64,000 nucleotides of DNA from a virus. The translations under genes and the position numbers were made by a program. Positions 52,524 to 63,730 of this stretch are shown piece by piece. The notes beneath the pieces are model-generated. The model saw nothing but the letters and a program-made list of their open reading frames with translations. It searched no databases and was not told the origin of the DNA. Every line of letters begins with the position of its first letter. The first letter of the stretch is position 1. The stretch is taken from IMG/VR virus record IMGVR_UViG_3300025584_000449, positions 96,001 to 160,000 of that record; one strand, written 5' to 3'.

Positions 52524-55500
52524 GTATAAAATTGAAATAGATGATGCAGATTTAGCTAGTCAATTATTTAATATAAGAGACCAAGTTAATGGCGCCTTGA
52601 TGGGCGAAGGTGGTGGATTCGGCAGTGGTAGATATATAGCACCACTTAATCAGCTCAATGACTCCATGTCAAAGAAGAGTGTGGTTGATTATATAGCCGA
52701 CCTATCAGATAAATTTCAACAAGGATCTGGTAATTTTTCTGCGTCTTTATCAGAATTTCGTGAAGGGGTTGAACATGGAATGCAAATGTTTAACCAAACT
52801 CGTGCTTCTTTAGGACTAACTAATAGCCCTATAATGGATATTCCTTATGGCCCAACAAATCAATATAATCAACTTTTAAACAATATAGGCGAAAGAAGCT
52901 TCTTTAGCTCAGTCGCTGGTGCGGCTGTTGGTGCTGGCTATAACAATGATATGCCAATGTCAAAAGGAGAATATAGACTTAAAAGCTCTCAAGGTATTTT
53001 TAGTGCAAAAGGAATAGCGGAGGGACTTCTTGGAGCCGGAAGTGGTGCTATTGGGTTAGGGGCTGGAGCCATAGCTGGCGCCGCAGCTGGATCGGCAGGC
53101 GGGCCTGTGGGGATTGGCGTTGGTCTTGCTGTTGGGTTGGGCTTAGATTTAGTAGGCAGTACTTTAGCTAAAAATGAGAGACAGGCCATGGATATGGGTG
53201 GTGCTATAAAAGCACTTTCTGGGTCATTTACTGGGCCAGAATTTTCAAGTTCTGATGCAACGAGTGCAGCTAGAAGTATATTAAATACTAGATTTGATAA
53301 AGAACCTTTAATTAAAGGTATCGACTCAGATGAAATTCAAAGAGATATTTTAGGATTTGCTAATGCAGGAGGATACTCTGGAACTAGTTCACCAGATGCT
53401 TTTATAAAAACTACTAAAGATTTAATAAAAAATACTAAAGAAGTAATGGACGCCCTTAGAGTATCTCGAGATGAGGCCGTTAAGTTTATGGCAGGAATGC
53501 AGGGCCTAGGTATAAGTGTAGGCCAATCTGGAGATTATGCGAATACTATTCGTGGAGTTAGTATAGCTACCGGAAGTTCTCCAGAAAGAATGTTAAATTA
53601 TCTACAACAAGGTTCTGCCGGATTAGGACAAATGGGAGTCGACGCTATCCCTGCTCAAAGTATGTTACTACAAACGAGAATGCAGGCAGAAGCTTTAAAA
53701 GAAAGCCCATTAGGACGAGAAACTATAAGAAGGTATGGTGGTGTAGAAAATGCTTCTATGGCTATGGCACAACAACAGACTCAATACGCCACCACTCCAT
53801 TAGGAATGATGGCTTATGGTGGAATAGAAGCTGGAGCTTTTAATTTTAATGATCAATTTATTGCATTCTCAAATAAGTATAGTGACGACCCTACTAGTTA
53901 TTTTGGAGATTTATATACTGCGCCAAATAGAGCTGCTAATATAAATCATTATGCAGCCAATGCCGCAAGAATGGCACCATTTATTGAGCAGTATACAGAC
54001 TTTGGTATAACTGATGAAAATACTATGAAGCAGTTCATGCTACAGTCAGGCAGATTCAAAGGCGGTAGGGTTGAAATAGATGCCGCAATGGAAATGTTCA
54101 AAGAGGGGCCTGAACGATATCTTCAAGAGGTAGGTCAATTTGCTGTAGAAAAACAACAGCATGAGATTTTAAGTAATAAAGTTGGGATAGGTACCGGGAT
54201 AAAAGCAGATATTAAATCTGGCTGGCATGATATGACATTCGGTATTACAGACACTGTTGGAAGAAGGTTCTTTGGTGGAATAACAAGAGCTATAAAAGGT
54301 AAACTAGACGATGTTTCAACAAGCCTAGCTGGTCTTGAATCCGTTGAATTTAACACACCAAAGTTATTCTTAGGAGAAGATAGCGAAGAACTGACAGACA
54401 TAGAAGAAGATTTCAATAAAATAATGGAGAGTCAGTCCTCAGCTAGTGCATCAAGAACTCTTCAAGTAGGAAAAAGAAATACTTTTTCTGCGATGTTTGC
54501 TGGAGCATATGCTAAAACATATACAGGAGAAGACGCAGAGGAACAAATAGAAGCTATAGAAGAATATAAAAGATTAAAAGAAGATCGATCTGGTGATGAT
54601 TTATTTATAGGCACGAGAGGTGCTGCTAAAGCTCGTAGAGCAATAACAGGCTTGGGAGCGTCGAGTGGAGCATTAGTTGGTTTTTCAGCAAGAGATACTA
54701 GAGCCTTCGAAACTGGAGCTCTATTAAAACAGGATCCGTCAAAGCAGATAGATTATTGGTCTATAAGAGGTTATGGTAAATATTGGGATGAGCTAATCAT
54801 AGAAGAAAAAAGAAGAGTAAAAGGACACATGCATAGTGAGAAGGGGAATGAAGAGTTTTTGTTCATGGAAGTCATAAATGAATCAAACCAATCTGACACT
54901 ACTGAGGAAGCCTCTAGAACTTCATTAGCTATTTCCGTATTAGACCAAAGGATAGATGATAAGTTAGGTAAATACGATGACTTTAGTAATGCTTTTGAAA
55001 GTAGAGAAATTGGCGGCGATGATGACTTTAGTGGATTACGAGACATATTAAATGATATGGGCGGCGAAGAACTATTCATGGTTAAAGATGAAGAAGGCTT
55101 TAATATGAATTGGTGGAACATAGATTTAGAAGCTATGGATAAACTAGCAACTGATGAGAATATAGGAAAGTTAACCACAGGCCAACGAGAGACATACTAT
55201 AGACAGCGAAGAGCTTTAGGCAAGTTCTCAGAAAAATATGGAAAACATAAAGACCTTGCAAAAAGACGAAGCTTTGGACATACTAAATTAAAGTTAGATA
55301 AAATTAAGGGAGAAATGGGGGGAGGCGAAGTAACTAATGTGTTAAAAGCATTTGCTTCTACTGGTGGAAAATTCTATTTCGATAGCGATAATCCTCTATC
55401 TATGGAAGACTTTGAAGGTCTTGCAGAACTAAGAGACTCTATGCTATCAGGAGAGTCCACAAGGGCAGAACTCCTAGCAAAAATTAATAATCCTAGCTCT

Positions 55501-55665
55501 AAATTGTCTGATGAGGCAAAAGAAGCAGCACTAAAAGACTTTGGAGAGAGAACTGAAGTTCAACTTCTTAGCGATACCTACGATATGTGGAATCGCCTTA
55601 TCCATCCTGACGGTGGACTAATAGTAACATATAATATAAAACATAGGAAAGATAAATTTAAATAA
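52504..55665 (+). CDS. Tape measure protein
   Basis: 1053 aa, Gly/Ala-rich helical sequence with hydrophobic segments, downstream of the frameshifted chaperone. Confidence 0.8.
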   Translation: MAEEVLKYKIEIDDADLASQLFNIRDQVNGALMGEGGGFGSGRYIAPLNQLNDSMSKKSVVDYIADLSDKFQQGSGNFSASLSEFREGVEHGMQMFNQTRASLGLTNSPIMDIPYGPTNQYNQLLNNIGERSFFSSVAGAAVGAGYNNDMPMSKGEYRLKSSQGIFSAKGIAEGLLGAGSGAIGLGAGAIAGAAAGSAGGPVGIGVGLAVGLGLDLVGSTLAKNERQAMDMGGAIKALSGSFTGPEFSSSDATSAARSILNTRFDKEPLIKGIDSDEIQRDILGFANAGGYSGTSSPDAFIKTTKDLIKNTKEVMDALRVSRDEAVKFMAGMQGLGISVGQSGDYANTIRGVSIATGSSPERMLNYLQQGSAGLGQMGVDAIPAQSMLLQTRMQAEALKESPLGRETIRRYGGVENASMAMAQQQTQYATTPLGMMAYGGIEAGAFNFNDQFIAFSNKYSDDPTSYFGDLYTAPNRAANINHYAANAARMAPFIEQYTDFGITDENTMKQFMLQSGRFKGGRVEIDAAMEMFKEGPERYLQEVGQFAVEKQQHEILSNKVGIGTGIKADIKSGWHDMTFGITDTVGRRFFGGITRAIKGKLDDVSTSLAGLESVEFNTPKLFLGEDSEELTDIEEDFNKIMESQSSASASRTLQVGKRNTFSAMFAGAYAKTYTGEDAEEQIEAIEEYKRLKEDRSGDDLFIGTRGAAKARRAITGLGASSGALVGFSARDTRAFETGALLKQDPSKQIDYWSIRGYGKYWDELIIEEKRRVKGHMHSEKGNEEFLFMEVINESNQSDTTEEASRTSLAISVLDQRIDDKLGKYDDFSNAFESREIGGDDDFSGLRDILNDMGGEELFMVKDEEGFNMNWWNIDLEAMDKLATDENIGKLTTGQRETYYRQRRALGKFSEKYGKHKDLAKRRSFGHTKLKLDKIKGEMGGGEVTNVLKAFASTGGKFYFDSDNPLSMEDFEGLAELRDSMLSGESTRAELLAKINNPSSKLSDEAKEAALKDFGERTEVQLLSDTYDMWNRLIHPDGGLIVTYNIKHRKDKFK

Positions 55666-57956
55666 TGGATACTAATGTAGTACATATTGATTGTAAATTA
55701 TTTTTAGAGGGAATAGAAATTCCGTTTAGTGGTATTTCTATATCTGAGGGTATTGGCTCTTTTCCACAATGCACTCTAAATTTTCCTGCACAGTCTGGTG
55801 CAACAAGAATATTACCCGGAACTCTTGTACAAGTGTTTGGGAAAATAATTGATGAATACGGAGATAAGGGTGAGGATTACTTCCTTTTGTTTGAAGGCGA
55901 AGTAGCAGGTATAAATTATAATAGAACTGAAGTTGGCACTAGACAAGCTAATATCCAAGCAGTTTCTTTATTAAGTAAGTGGGCATCAATACATAAATTT
56001 GCTGTCGATTACTTAAGCACTAAAGTACACCAAGCAGATGTATCTTTTTATTTAATTAATAGTGATGCTTTTAATGAGGAGGGTAAGGAAGATTCGGATA
56101 CAACAGAAACCCCGGATAAAGAAATAAAAGATAAAGATTATGAGTTTACAGCAGAGGCAGTTCCTGGACTTCTGCTGCTTTTTCAAAATGCATATAAAGT
56201 GTTTGAAGAGGGCGGCTCTGATGCTAATTTACAACCCCTGTTTCAAAAGTTAATTTCTTACTTTAGTAATTTAGATTTTTATTACGGCCTATTAAATGAA
56301 CCATTAAAGTTTGATAAGACTTTATTTGCATTCCCTAATAAACATGCTGTCTCTTTATTAAAAGTTCATCAATTAAGGAAAGACATGTTAAGTCAAAGTG
56401 AAAACCCTAATGCACTATCCTTATTGAATTTTATACAATTATTTTTAGAGCGCCTTAATTATAGAATTATATTTCCTGCTACCTTTACACAGACTATAAA
56501 TCCTGCTACTGGAGAGTCTGTACCAATGCGTGCATACATTGTTCCTAACTTGGACTTTGCACCACCAATAAAAAATAATATTATATTTGCTGATGAAAAA
56601 ATGTCTTATAGTTTTTCTCGTAGCTTTACCACAGAGCCAACAGTATATGTTGCAGAATTAGACGCATTAAGACAATGGACGACGAATACTGGGGTAATCC
56701 CTAAAACCCTAGTTCCTATGGTAATGGTTCCTGGATTAGATTTGGTTGATGGGGATGACGTTAAAAAACCAAAATTAGAATTCACGACGGAAGAAACCTA
56801 TAGAGGCCGTAATCGACCAATAAACCAAAATTTAGCTCAAGGTACTTTAGACTTTTTAACTCTATATTCTAAGAGGCCACCACTAGACCCGTTCCAACTT
56901 TGGACTAGCGATGAAGAAGCTGCTGAACAAAAAGCAAAAGCTCAACTTGAATTAAAAAAGAAACTCTATAAAGAAACTTTATTAGAATTCTTTGACGCTA
57001 GATACGGAAGTAGGTCGTGTTCTGTTAGCACTGAGTTTAACCCCCATCGAATAATAGGATTTCCTGCTCTAATACTAGAGACAGAGGATGATACTCCTAG
57101 TGTTTGTGGGATATTGTCTGGACAAAGAATTACTATAAACTCAGAAGGCGCTGCTTCCTGTCAACTGACAATATCTAAACCTAGATTAATATGGGATGCT
57201 CAGGAAAATATTGATATAGCAGAAGATGCTGGTGAAGATCCTTCTCCACATAAGTTAGATTTAACTTACGATTTAGTTCCGTTTATGAATTCATACTTAG
57301 ACGAAGATTTTTATAAGATTGATAAGATAGGTGTTGAGATTTATCCACTGATTCAACATGGAACACTACATAAAAAAATAGACTCTGCTGAAGCTTCGGA
57401 ATGGGATAAAGATGATACATCATTAAAGGAAAAAGAAAATTTTTATAAAAACTACTTTGTAAATAAAGAAAGGTCTTCCTTTTATGACTCTTCTTTGTTA
57501 GACTTTATTAGACAGTACGAAACCGGGAAACTAATAGTAAACTTAGAGGAGTTTAAAGTAAAGAAAAATGACTCAGAGGAAATCGCAAATGCTAAGTTAA
57601 TTTCCTATAGCATACACGTATTGAAAAATATATATAGTAATGTTTCTAATAAACCAGGATTTAGAAAAATACAAACATCAAGGAATCTTATTACAATGAC
57701 CGATTATTTTAAATTCTTAAATGTTAGTGGAGATGTGCCTGGAACTTTAGACTATAAAGACACAACCGAAGTAGTGAAAATAGAAAATGCAAAAGCTTTA
57801 ATAAATCATAATTTAACTAGCGCAGAGATAGACCCGGATCTTCACGATGAGCTAAAAAAAGTTTATTCAGAAAAACGAAAACAAGCAATAGAAAAAGCCT
57901 TTGGTAAATATTTAAAACAATTCCAACAAGATTTAACCACTATAGTGACGAGGTAA
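55665..57956 (+). CDS. Putative baseplate hub protein
   Basis: N-terminal KLFLEGIEIPF..ISI.....PQCTL..LFEGEV; C-terminal CSVSTEFNPH..IGFP; follows the tape measure. Confidence 0.55.
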   Translation: MDTNVVHIDCKLFLEGIEIPFSGISISEGIGSFPQCTLNFPAQSGATRILPGTLVQVFGKIIDEYGDKGEDYFLLFEGEVAGINYNRTEVGTRQANIQAVSLLSKWASIHKFAVDYLSTKVHQADVSFYLINSDAFNEEGKEDSDTTETPDKEIKDKDYEFTAEAVPGLLLLFQNAYKVFEEGGSDANLQPLFQKLISYFSNLDFYYGLLNEPLKFDKTLFAFPNKHAVSLLKVHQLRKDMLSQSENPNALSLLNFIQLFLERLNYRIIFPATFTQTINPATGESVPMRAYIVPNLDFAPPIKNNIIFADEKMSYSFSRSFTTEPTVYVAELDALRQWTTNTGVIPKTLVPMVMVPGLDLVDGDDVKKPKLEFTTEETYRGRNRPINQNLAQGTLDFLTLYSKRPPLDPFQLWTSDEEAAEQKAKAQLELKKKLYKETLLEFFDARYGSRSCSVSTEFNPHRIIGFPALILETEDDTPSVCGILSGQRITINSEGAASCQLTISKPRLIWDAQENIDIAEDAGEDPSPHKLDLTYDLVPFMNSYLDEDFYKIDKIGVEIYPLIQHGTLHKKIDSAEASEWDKDDTSLKEKENFYKNYFVNKERSSFYDSSLLDFIRQYETGKLIVNLEEFKVKKNDSEEIANAKLISYSIHVLKNIYSNVSNKPGFRKIQTSRNLITMTDYFKFLNVSGDVPGTLDYKDTTEVVKIENAKALINHNLTSAEIDPDLHDELKKVYSEKRKQAIEKAFGKYLKQFQQDLTTIVTR

Positions 57957-57959
57957 TGT

Positions 57960-59105
57960 ATGAGTGATTCTGAAATTTATGGAGCCGGCATTAGGCTCGG
58001 ATATATAAATGATGGTAGTGAGGGCCTAAACATACCGGCAGTAAATACTGCAGAGAATGTTTTTGATGGCCCATCACCGACATCTTCAAGCTCAACTAGA
58101 GGACAGATTATTAGTCAACTACGCGGTGTTAGTACTAAGAAAGAATTACCTATACATTTGTCTGAAAAGATTAGCTCAAGTAGTCAGTATGATCTTGCTA
58201 ATTCCGGCGCTGTAATATTTATTAAAGACAAAGCTTCCTCTAATATAAATTATATGACTAATAGGTTTTATTTAAGTGCTCTTGATATAACTCAAAAAGA
58301 AAGAGCACAGATACAGAATACATTTGGTGCTGCATCTGTGGCATTGTTTGGAGACTCTGTTAAAATATATACCTTTTCTGGTACTGCGTTAGAGCATACT
58401 AGTACAAAAGCAAAAGGCGCTCCTTCAGATTATTTTCATGGGTCTTCATTACTAGATCTTTATAATAATCATATGCGGGGAACACAGCTAGTAGACGATG
58501 GGTCAGTGGCTATTATGAGAATAATGAACCACACTATATGGGGCTATCCTTTAACCTTTAATTATAGAAATATAGCTACTGCTGATAAATATATTGAATT
58601 TGGAATGAGCTGGGTAGTAACTAATCATAGTTTAGCTATGGAAAGTTTAGTTACTGATAATCAATTAGAAAATCATTATGATTTATCTAGCTACTATGAT
58701 ACCAATAATGAAGACATTACAGCACAAATAGGGGATTTAAAAAACGATATCGATGTGCTTAAGGATACTATAGATATAATTGAAATTTTTATAAACAATG
58801 TTTATTCATATACACCTACCGTAATTACCGAAGAACGAGAAACTATATTTCAAGGTATTGAGCGTGTTGCTAATATGTTAAAAATTAGAATCAGAACTAT
58901 ACCACAATTTTTCCCTACAGAAGAAGAGGTTGATTCATATGCTAATAACTTAAAAAATGCAGTAACTGAAGAATTTACAGTATCAAATGCATTACCACAT
59001 CAATCAAAATCAAACGAACACTATATAAGATTAATTCAAATTTATAGATTACTGTTTAACAAATTAATGTTAGTGTATGGTGGAAATCATGCACTGGCTT
59101 TTTAG
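57960..59105 (+). CDS. Putative baseplate/tail-tube-initiator-like protein
   Basis: FYLSALDITQKERAQIQNTFG..LFGD...YTFSG, reminiscent of tube-like folds; located in the baseplate cluster. Confidence 0.45.
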   Translation: MSDSEIYGAGIRLGYINDGSEGLNIPAVNTAENVFDGPSPTSSSSTRGQIISQLRGVSTKKELPIHLSEKISSSSQYDLANSGAVIFIKDKASSNINYMTNRFYLSALDITQKERAQIQNTFGAASVALFGDSVKIYTFSGTALEHTSTKAKGAPSDYFHGSSLLDLYNNHMRGTQLVDDGSVAIMRIMNHTIWGYPLTFNYRNIATADKYIEFGMSWVVTNHSLAMESLVTDNQLENHYDLSSYYDTNNEDITAQIGDLKNDIDVLKDTIDIIEIFINNVYSYTPTVITEERETIFQGIERVANMLKIRIRTIPQFFPTEEEVDSYANNLKNAVTEEFTVSNALPHQSKSNEHYIRLIQIYRLLFNKLMLVYGGNHALAF

Positions 59106-59113
59106 GAGATTAG

Positions 59114-59845
59114 ATGACGCTGCGTGAAAAAGAATTAGAACTATGGAAGCAATATAGAGCTGGTAATAAAATGGCCGGTCAGCAATTAGTTAAATCCTTA
59201 AAGCCCTTAATTAATCAACAGATCGGAAAATATGTTGGTGTAACTCTTCCTAGAGTGGCTATCGATATGGAGGCTACTAAATTAGTATACCAAGCTTTTG
59301 ATACATATGACCCAGAGAAAGCTCAGTTGAATACCCATGTGACTAACTATCTAAAGAAGTTACAAAGATTTGTTATTAACTATCAGAACGTTGGGCACAT
59401 TCCTGAACCACGGGCGATGAAGATAGGTATATATAATTCTATCTATGATAACATAGAATCAGATAAAGGCCGTGAACCAACAATGGCTGAACTGGCTGAC
59501 GAAATGAGTTGGCCAATTAAAGAGATCGAGAAACTACAGATAGAGCTGAGACGAGACCTTTCCATTGAACACGGCACTGGTGATGAAGATGATGTCGGAA
59601 CATTCTTTGAGTATACCCCTGACTTAGCTTCTCCAGAACAGTTTAAATTAAGACAAGCTCTGAGCTTTATATACTATGACTCAGACCCAATAGATAAAAA
59701 AATAATAGAGTATGTTTTTGGCTATGGTGGAAAACCTAAATTAAAAGACAAAGACATATCATTTAAATTAAGATTGTCTTCACAAAAAGTGGCACAGCGA
59801 AAAAAGGATATAGCTGCTAAACTTAGAGATAGCATGAGATATTAA
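59114..59845 (+). CDS. Divergent sigma70-family (FliA/SigF-like) factor within the baseplate module
   Basis: Region 2-like AFDTYDPEKAQLNTHV; region 3 GREPTMAELADEM; C-terminal HTH LKDKDISFKLRLSSQKV. Confidence 0.65.
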   Translation: MTLREKELELWKQYRAGNKMAGQQLVKSLKPLINQQIGKYVGVTLPRVAIDMEATKLVYQAFDTYDPEKAQLNTHVTNYLKKLQRFVINYQNVGHIPEPRAMKIGIYNSIYDNIESDKGREPTMAELADEMSWPIKEIEKLQIELRRDLSIEHGTGDEDDVGTFFEYTPDLASPEQFKLRQALSFIYYDSDPIDKKIIEYVFGYGGKPKLKDKDISFKLRLSSQKVAQRKKDIAAKLRDSMRY

Positions 59846-61989
59846 TGGCTACTGATCAAATACTACAACAACCAAATCCTTGTACTACTATTAGAGTTGA
59901 GCACCAGGTCTCTACTTTTTTAAATAATTTAGCTGAGAGTCTTGGTCTTGATTCCTCTGATGCAGATATTGCTGCACTACTTAGTGAGCTTGGAGATCAA
60001 CTATCTAGAGCGCTGAAGGATTGGAAAGATAAAACAAAGGTGTTCTTAACCGAGGCTGGAGGGTATTCGGCGTTTCTTGCGTTAATATTGCTTGCTGATT
60101 TTTTAGGATTTGACCCAAACGTTTTATTAAATCCTATTGGATACATCAACACTATATTAATGACATCTTTAATGTTCCAATTTGTAGCAATGTATTTAAC
60201 TCTAAGCGAAACGCCTTATTATTATTTAATGTATAGAAGTCTAGTTACACTAGAAGAGCAGTTATTAGAAAGACAGGTTGTATTAGATAAAGTTATAGCA
60301 AGCTTAAGGCCTATTATTAGACTAGGTGATTATTTTGCATTCTTGGAAAAACAACTTAAGGGATTAGATTCTAACAATGAGGTATTAAGAGCTATTAGTG
60401 ATCTTAAAAAAGCAAGACACTCTCTTGGATTATCCGTTGGGTTACAATTAAATGATGGCTCTGTCCTAAGTGCTGATTTTGAGCCTCAACTATTTAGATC
60501 AAAATATTTAACATATGCTAGTACTCATTTAGATAATTGTATTAATAACTTACATGGAGATTTCTTCTCACAAGTAAGAGATGCTATTCAAATGAGTGAT
60601 GAAGTAAATGTTCCTTTTTCTGAGAACCCGACATTACAATCTTGGGAAGCTTTTGGAGATTACTTTCAAAACAAATTTAAGTTACAGGAAGAGACAGGAG
60701 GAAATGCTTTTGAGCAATCAATACAAGTTCTAGCTCAAGACATCTCTGCGCTGACTACCGCACAACAAATTTATATTATAGCGTCCATAGTGGCTAGTAT
60801 GTTAGAGAATCTTATTATGTATCTTCCAGTTCAATACTTAAATATTGGTAAAAATGTATTAGACATTACACGTGATATCTGGGATACAAAAGATATAGGA
60901 AAAGTAACAACTGCTACTGTAGGTGATGTATTATTATCTGATGTACAAACCTTGAGAGATACCAACGCTAGAGTAACCATGGTTGAGCAAATTATTGCAC
61001 GATTTGACATTACCTTTAAATCAGTAAGTCTGCTTGGCCAACAAGCATATACTTTACTATATCCAATTTTAACAGGATTAAAGTCTGTTCAAACAGAAAT
61101 TGAAGGACACGTATTAACTGAAAAAGGGCAAAAGATAGTTACAAATATAACTAATACAGAAAGAACTGAATGGATTAAAACCCTACTAAAACATAAAAGT
61201 ACGGTTGACACAATGGTGTCTAATCCATTAAAAGGACAAGCTGGCGGATCATACGGCAACTCAATAAATTCTTTACTGGGCGAAAACAACGCTATAAATA
61301 ATGAAAAACTAGTTGATATAAATACTAACTATCAATGGTTAATTAAATATCTTTCTGGCTCTAGTGAAATAGATGATGTACTATTTGATAATGTAGCTTC
61401 TTTGAAGCAGCCAGCAGATACAGTTGTTGACTTTAGTCAGGACCTTGTAGCTAATTTTTCTCAGAACGTTTACTCTGGAAAATTTAAGAATTTTATGCCA
61501 TCATTTAAAGAAATGTTATATAAATTAAACGAGCAAAGACAAAAAGATATACAAATAATAAATATATCTAAAGTAATAAGAAGAGATTTAGAAACATTGC
61601 CTGGGTTTAATATAATGTTAAATGAAGTAGAAGGCATAAACGATTTATTGAAAGATTCCTGGTTCTCTAATTTATCAGACCAGCTATCAACAGGCAATCT
61701 AGCACTACTAAATGCCGGTCTACAGAGTCTAAGTGAGCTTGGCTGTTTAGGCACTGTCTCCTCTACAAGTAATGTACAAGACTTGCCAATTATAAAAGAA
61801 GTGTTTGGGTATGTCTATGGTGGGAGTAAGTCTGCTTTGAAAAAAGTACAGAACTATTTAGATAGAACTGAAGAAGAGAATAAAACATGTCAAGCTAAAG
61901 TAACTACAATAACAGATTATATGCAAAAATTAGAAAATTATGCAGCCGTTACTCCAGAAGTTCCTCTTGACATTACCTTACCAACTTAG
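59845..61989 (+). CDS. Large helical protein of unknown function (probably virion-associated)
   Basis: 714 aa with a hydrophobic N-terminal region; between the sigma-like gene and the wedge gene. Confidence 0.45.
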   Translation: MATDQILQQPNPCTTIRVEHQVSTFLNNLAESLGLDSSDADIAALLSELGDQLSRALKDWKDKTKVFLTEAGGYSAFLALILLADFLGFDPNVLLNPIGYINTILMTSLMFQFVAMYLTLSETPYYYLMYRSLVTLEEQLLERQVVLDKVIASLRPIIRLGDYFAFLEKQLKGLDSNNEVLRAISDLKKARHSLGLSVGLQLNDGSVLSADFEPQLFRSKYLTYASTHLDNCINNLHGDFFSQVRDAIQMSDEVNVPFSENPTLQSWEAFGDYFQNKFKLQEETGGNAFEQSIQVLAQDISALTTAQQIYIIASIVASMLENLIMYLPVQYLNIGKNVLDITRDIWDTKDIGKVTTATVGDVLLSDVQTLRDTNARVTMVEQIIARFDITFKSVSLLGQQAYTLLYPILTGLKSVQTEIEGHVLTEKGQKIVTNITNTERTEWIKTLLKHKSTVDTMVSNPLKGQAGGSYGNSINSLLGENNAINNEKLVDINTNYQWLIKYLSGSSEIDDVLFDNVASLKQPADTVVDFSQDLVANFSQNVYSGKFKNFMPSFKEMLYKLNEQRQKDIQIINISKVIRRDLETLPGFNIMLNEVEGINDLLKDSWFSNLSDQLSTGNLALLNAGLQSLSELGCLGTVSSTSNVQDLPIIKEVFGYVYGGSKSALKKVQNYLDRTEEENKTCQAKVTTITDYMQKLENYAAVTPEVPLDITLPT

Positions 61990-61998
61990 GATTTTAAT

Positions 61999-62418
61999 AT
62001 GGCACAGGACGTAAAAATTATAGATGTAGACTCTGATGGGATTCTAACTGTTGTTTTTCCAACAGGAGTAGAAAGAGCTAAATCAAGTTTTAACTTGATT
62101 CAGCGTGTAGCAAAACGTATATTAACATTAGAGGGATCTGATATAGTTAATCCTACAGTGGGTACCAACATACCTGCTATGTTTACTTCTTTGGCTGATA
62201 GCGATAAAGAACATTTATCTGGGGTTTTCCCTATTTATATTAGTGATTTAGAGCAAGAGTTAAAATTAGAACAACTAATTATTCCTAACTTGCCTAAAAG
62301 CGAACAACTTAAGTCATTAGTATTATTAGAGTTAAAGCATTTACCAGAAAGTTTATCGTGGCATTTAAAATTAAGGGTTGACCTACAAGACGGAACCTCC
62401 CAACTTATCGTAATTTAA
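61999..62418 (+). CDS. Baseplate wedge protein (gp25/GPW-like)
   Basis: 139 aa; LIQRVAKRILT..GS...P.VGT; precedes the baseplate J-like gene. Confidence 0.65.
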   Translation: MAQDVKIIDVDSDGILTVVFPTGVERAKSSFNLIQRVAKRILTLEGSDIVNPTVGTNIPAMFTSLADSDKEHLSGVFPIYISDLEQELKLEQLIIPNLPKSEQLKSLVLLELKHLPESLSWHLKLRVDLQDGTSQLIVI

Positions 62419-62428
62419 GGAAATTAGA

Positions 62429-63721
62429 ATGGCTATAAATATTGTTAATTATATAAGAGAAAGAATTAAAAGTATTGATTCAAGCATAGACACTAGACCA
62501 GGAAGTGTAGTGTCTGATCTTTTAATTAATCCTATAACTTCTATACTATCTTCTTATGGAGAGACCCAAGATGTAATTCTTCGTAATCAGACATTAGAAG
62601 ATTTAAGCTCTATCTCTGAATCTGAGATGGACACTATAGTAACTAATTTTTTAATTACTAGAGAGAATGGGGCGAAGTCTACAGGAACAGTAAAGCTGTA
62701 TTTTAATGAACCCAGAACTCTAGCTATTGCAAGAGGCACACAGTTTAGTGATAGTACTGGTACATTAATTTATGAAACTCTAGCTGATTACTCCATTACT
62801 AGAGGTACGATGGAAATTACTCGTGATCAATTTCCATTATATAACACTGAGCCTATACAGATTCAAGGGATACTCGCTGGGTCGGATTATAACCAGCCAG
62901 CTAATGCCATAACAAGGGCACTAACATTACAAGCTACCCCCGCTAAAATAAATAATTCCCAACCTATAGTTTCTGGGGAAGACAAAGAGGACAATGAATC
63001 TTTATTTACTAGACTATTATTAAGCTTTGCTGACTCATCTCTTTCTTCAACTGCCGGAATTAAAAGACAGCTATTATCTAATTTTCTTAATTTGAACGAT
63101 GTGGAAGTTGTGGGTGCAGGTGACCCACTAATGCAAAGAGACTTAATGGAAAATTTAAGTCTTGCTGTTCAATTTAAAGAAGAAGATTTTTATTTAGTGC
63201 AATCAGGACTACACACATATCCATGGAAACAACACATTGCCTATACAGCTAGTATAATAGATACTGACGATAGCGAGATGGTGTCCTTACCAGAGCCTGA
63301 CGGATTTACTACAGAGTTCTCACAAGGATTATACGAAGGGTTGTTCTTTAAATCAGACGTATCATATGCACAGCAAGATGAGTATGTTATCTTACAGGAG
63401 TTCTTTGAGGATTTAAATAATCCAGATATTCAACTAGATTTACAAACTGTACTAGCTAGTGGTTATTGGGAAATACATGATGGACTAAACCCTGATAATT
63501 CAATATTTTATATTGATGAGGTTAATACCCAAGAAGGCTATTTAAGATTAGGTAAAACTCTAGATTATAGTAATTTAGATGATTCTATATTAAATATACC
63601 CTACTCAACTATAAATACATTATTGTCTTTAGCCACAGAAGCTATCACTGTAGTAACTACAAATAATGAAGAGACTGATTATATACCTGTTTCAGATGAT
63701 ACTGAAGTAGATAGCCCATAA
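62429..63721 (+). CDS. Baseplate J-like (gp6/gp47) protein
   Basis: IDTRPGSVV.DL, GAKSTG.V, GTQF, G..YN, SGEDKEDNE.L..R typical of baseplate J. Confidence 0.8.
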   Translation: MAINIVNYIRERIKSIDSSIDTRPGSVVSDLLINPITSILSSYGETQDVILRNQTLEDLSSISESEMDTIVTNFLITRENGAKSTGTVKLYFNEPRTLAIARGTQFSDSTGTLIYETLADYSITRGTMEITRDQFPLYNTEPIQIQGILAGSDYNQPANAITRALTLQATPAKINNSQPIVSGEDKEDNESLFTRLLLSFADSSLSSTAGIKRQLLSNFLNLNDVEVVGAGDPLMQRDLMENLSLAVQFKEEDFYLVQSGLHTYPWKQHIAYTASIIDTDDSEMVSLPEPDGFTTEFSQGLYEGLFFKSDVSYAQQDEYVILQEFFEDLNNPDIQLDLQTVLASGYWEIHDGLNPDNSIFYIDEVNTQEGYLRLGKTLDYSNLDDSILNIPYSTINTLLSLATEAITVVTTNNEETDYIPVSDDTEVDSP

Positions 63722-63730
63722 GGATTAGAT

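Noticed and set aside
403-61754. Short antisense or out-of-frame ORFs in the track (e.g. 403-615, 1054-1440, 3058-3309, 12725-13066, 21592-21891, 30933-31304, 45737-46147, 54771-55178, 61470-61754)
   Set aside because: They lie wholly within longer motif-bearing genes on the other strand or frame and have shadow-ORF composition (Ser/Phe/Leu-rich) without SD sites.
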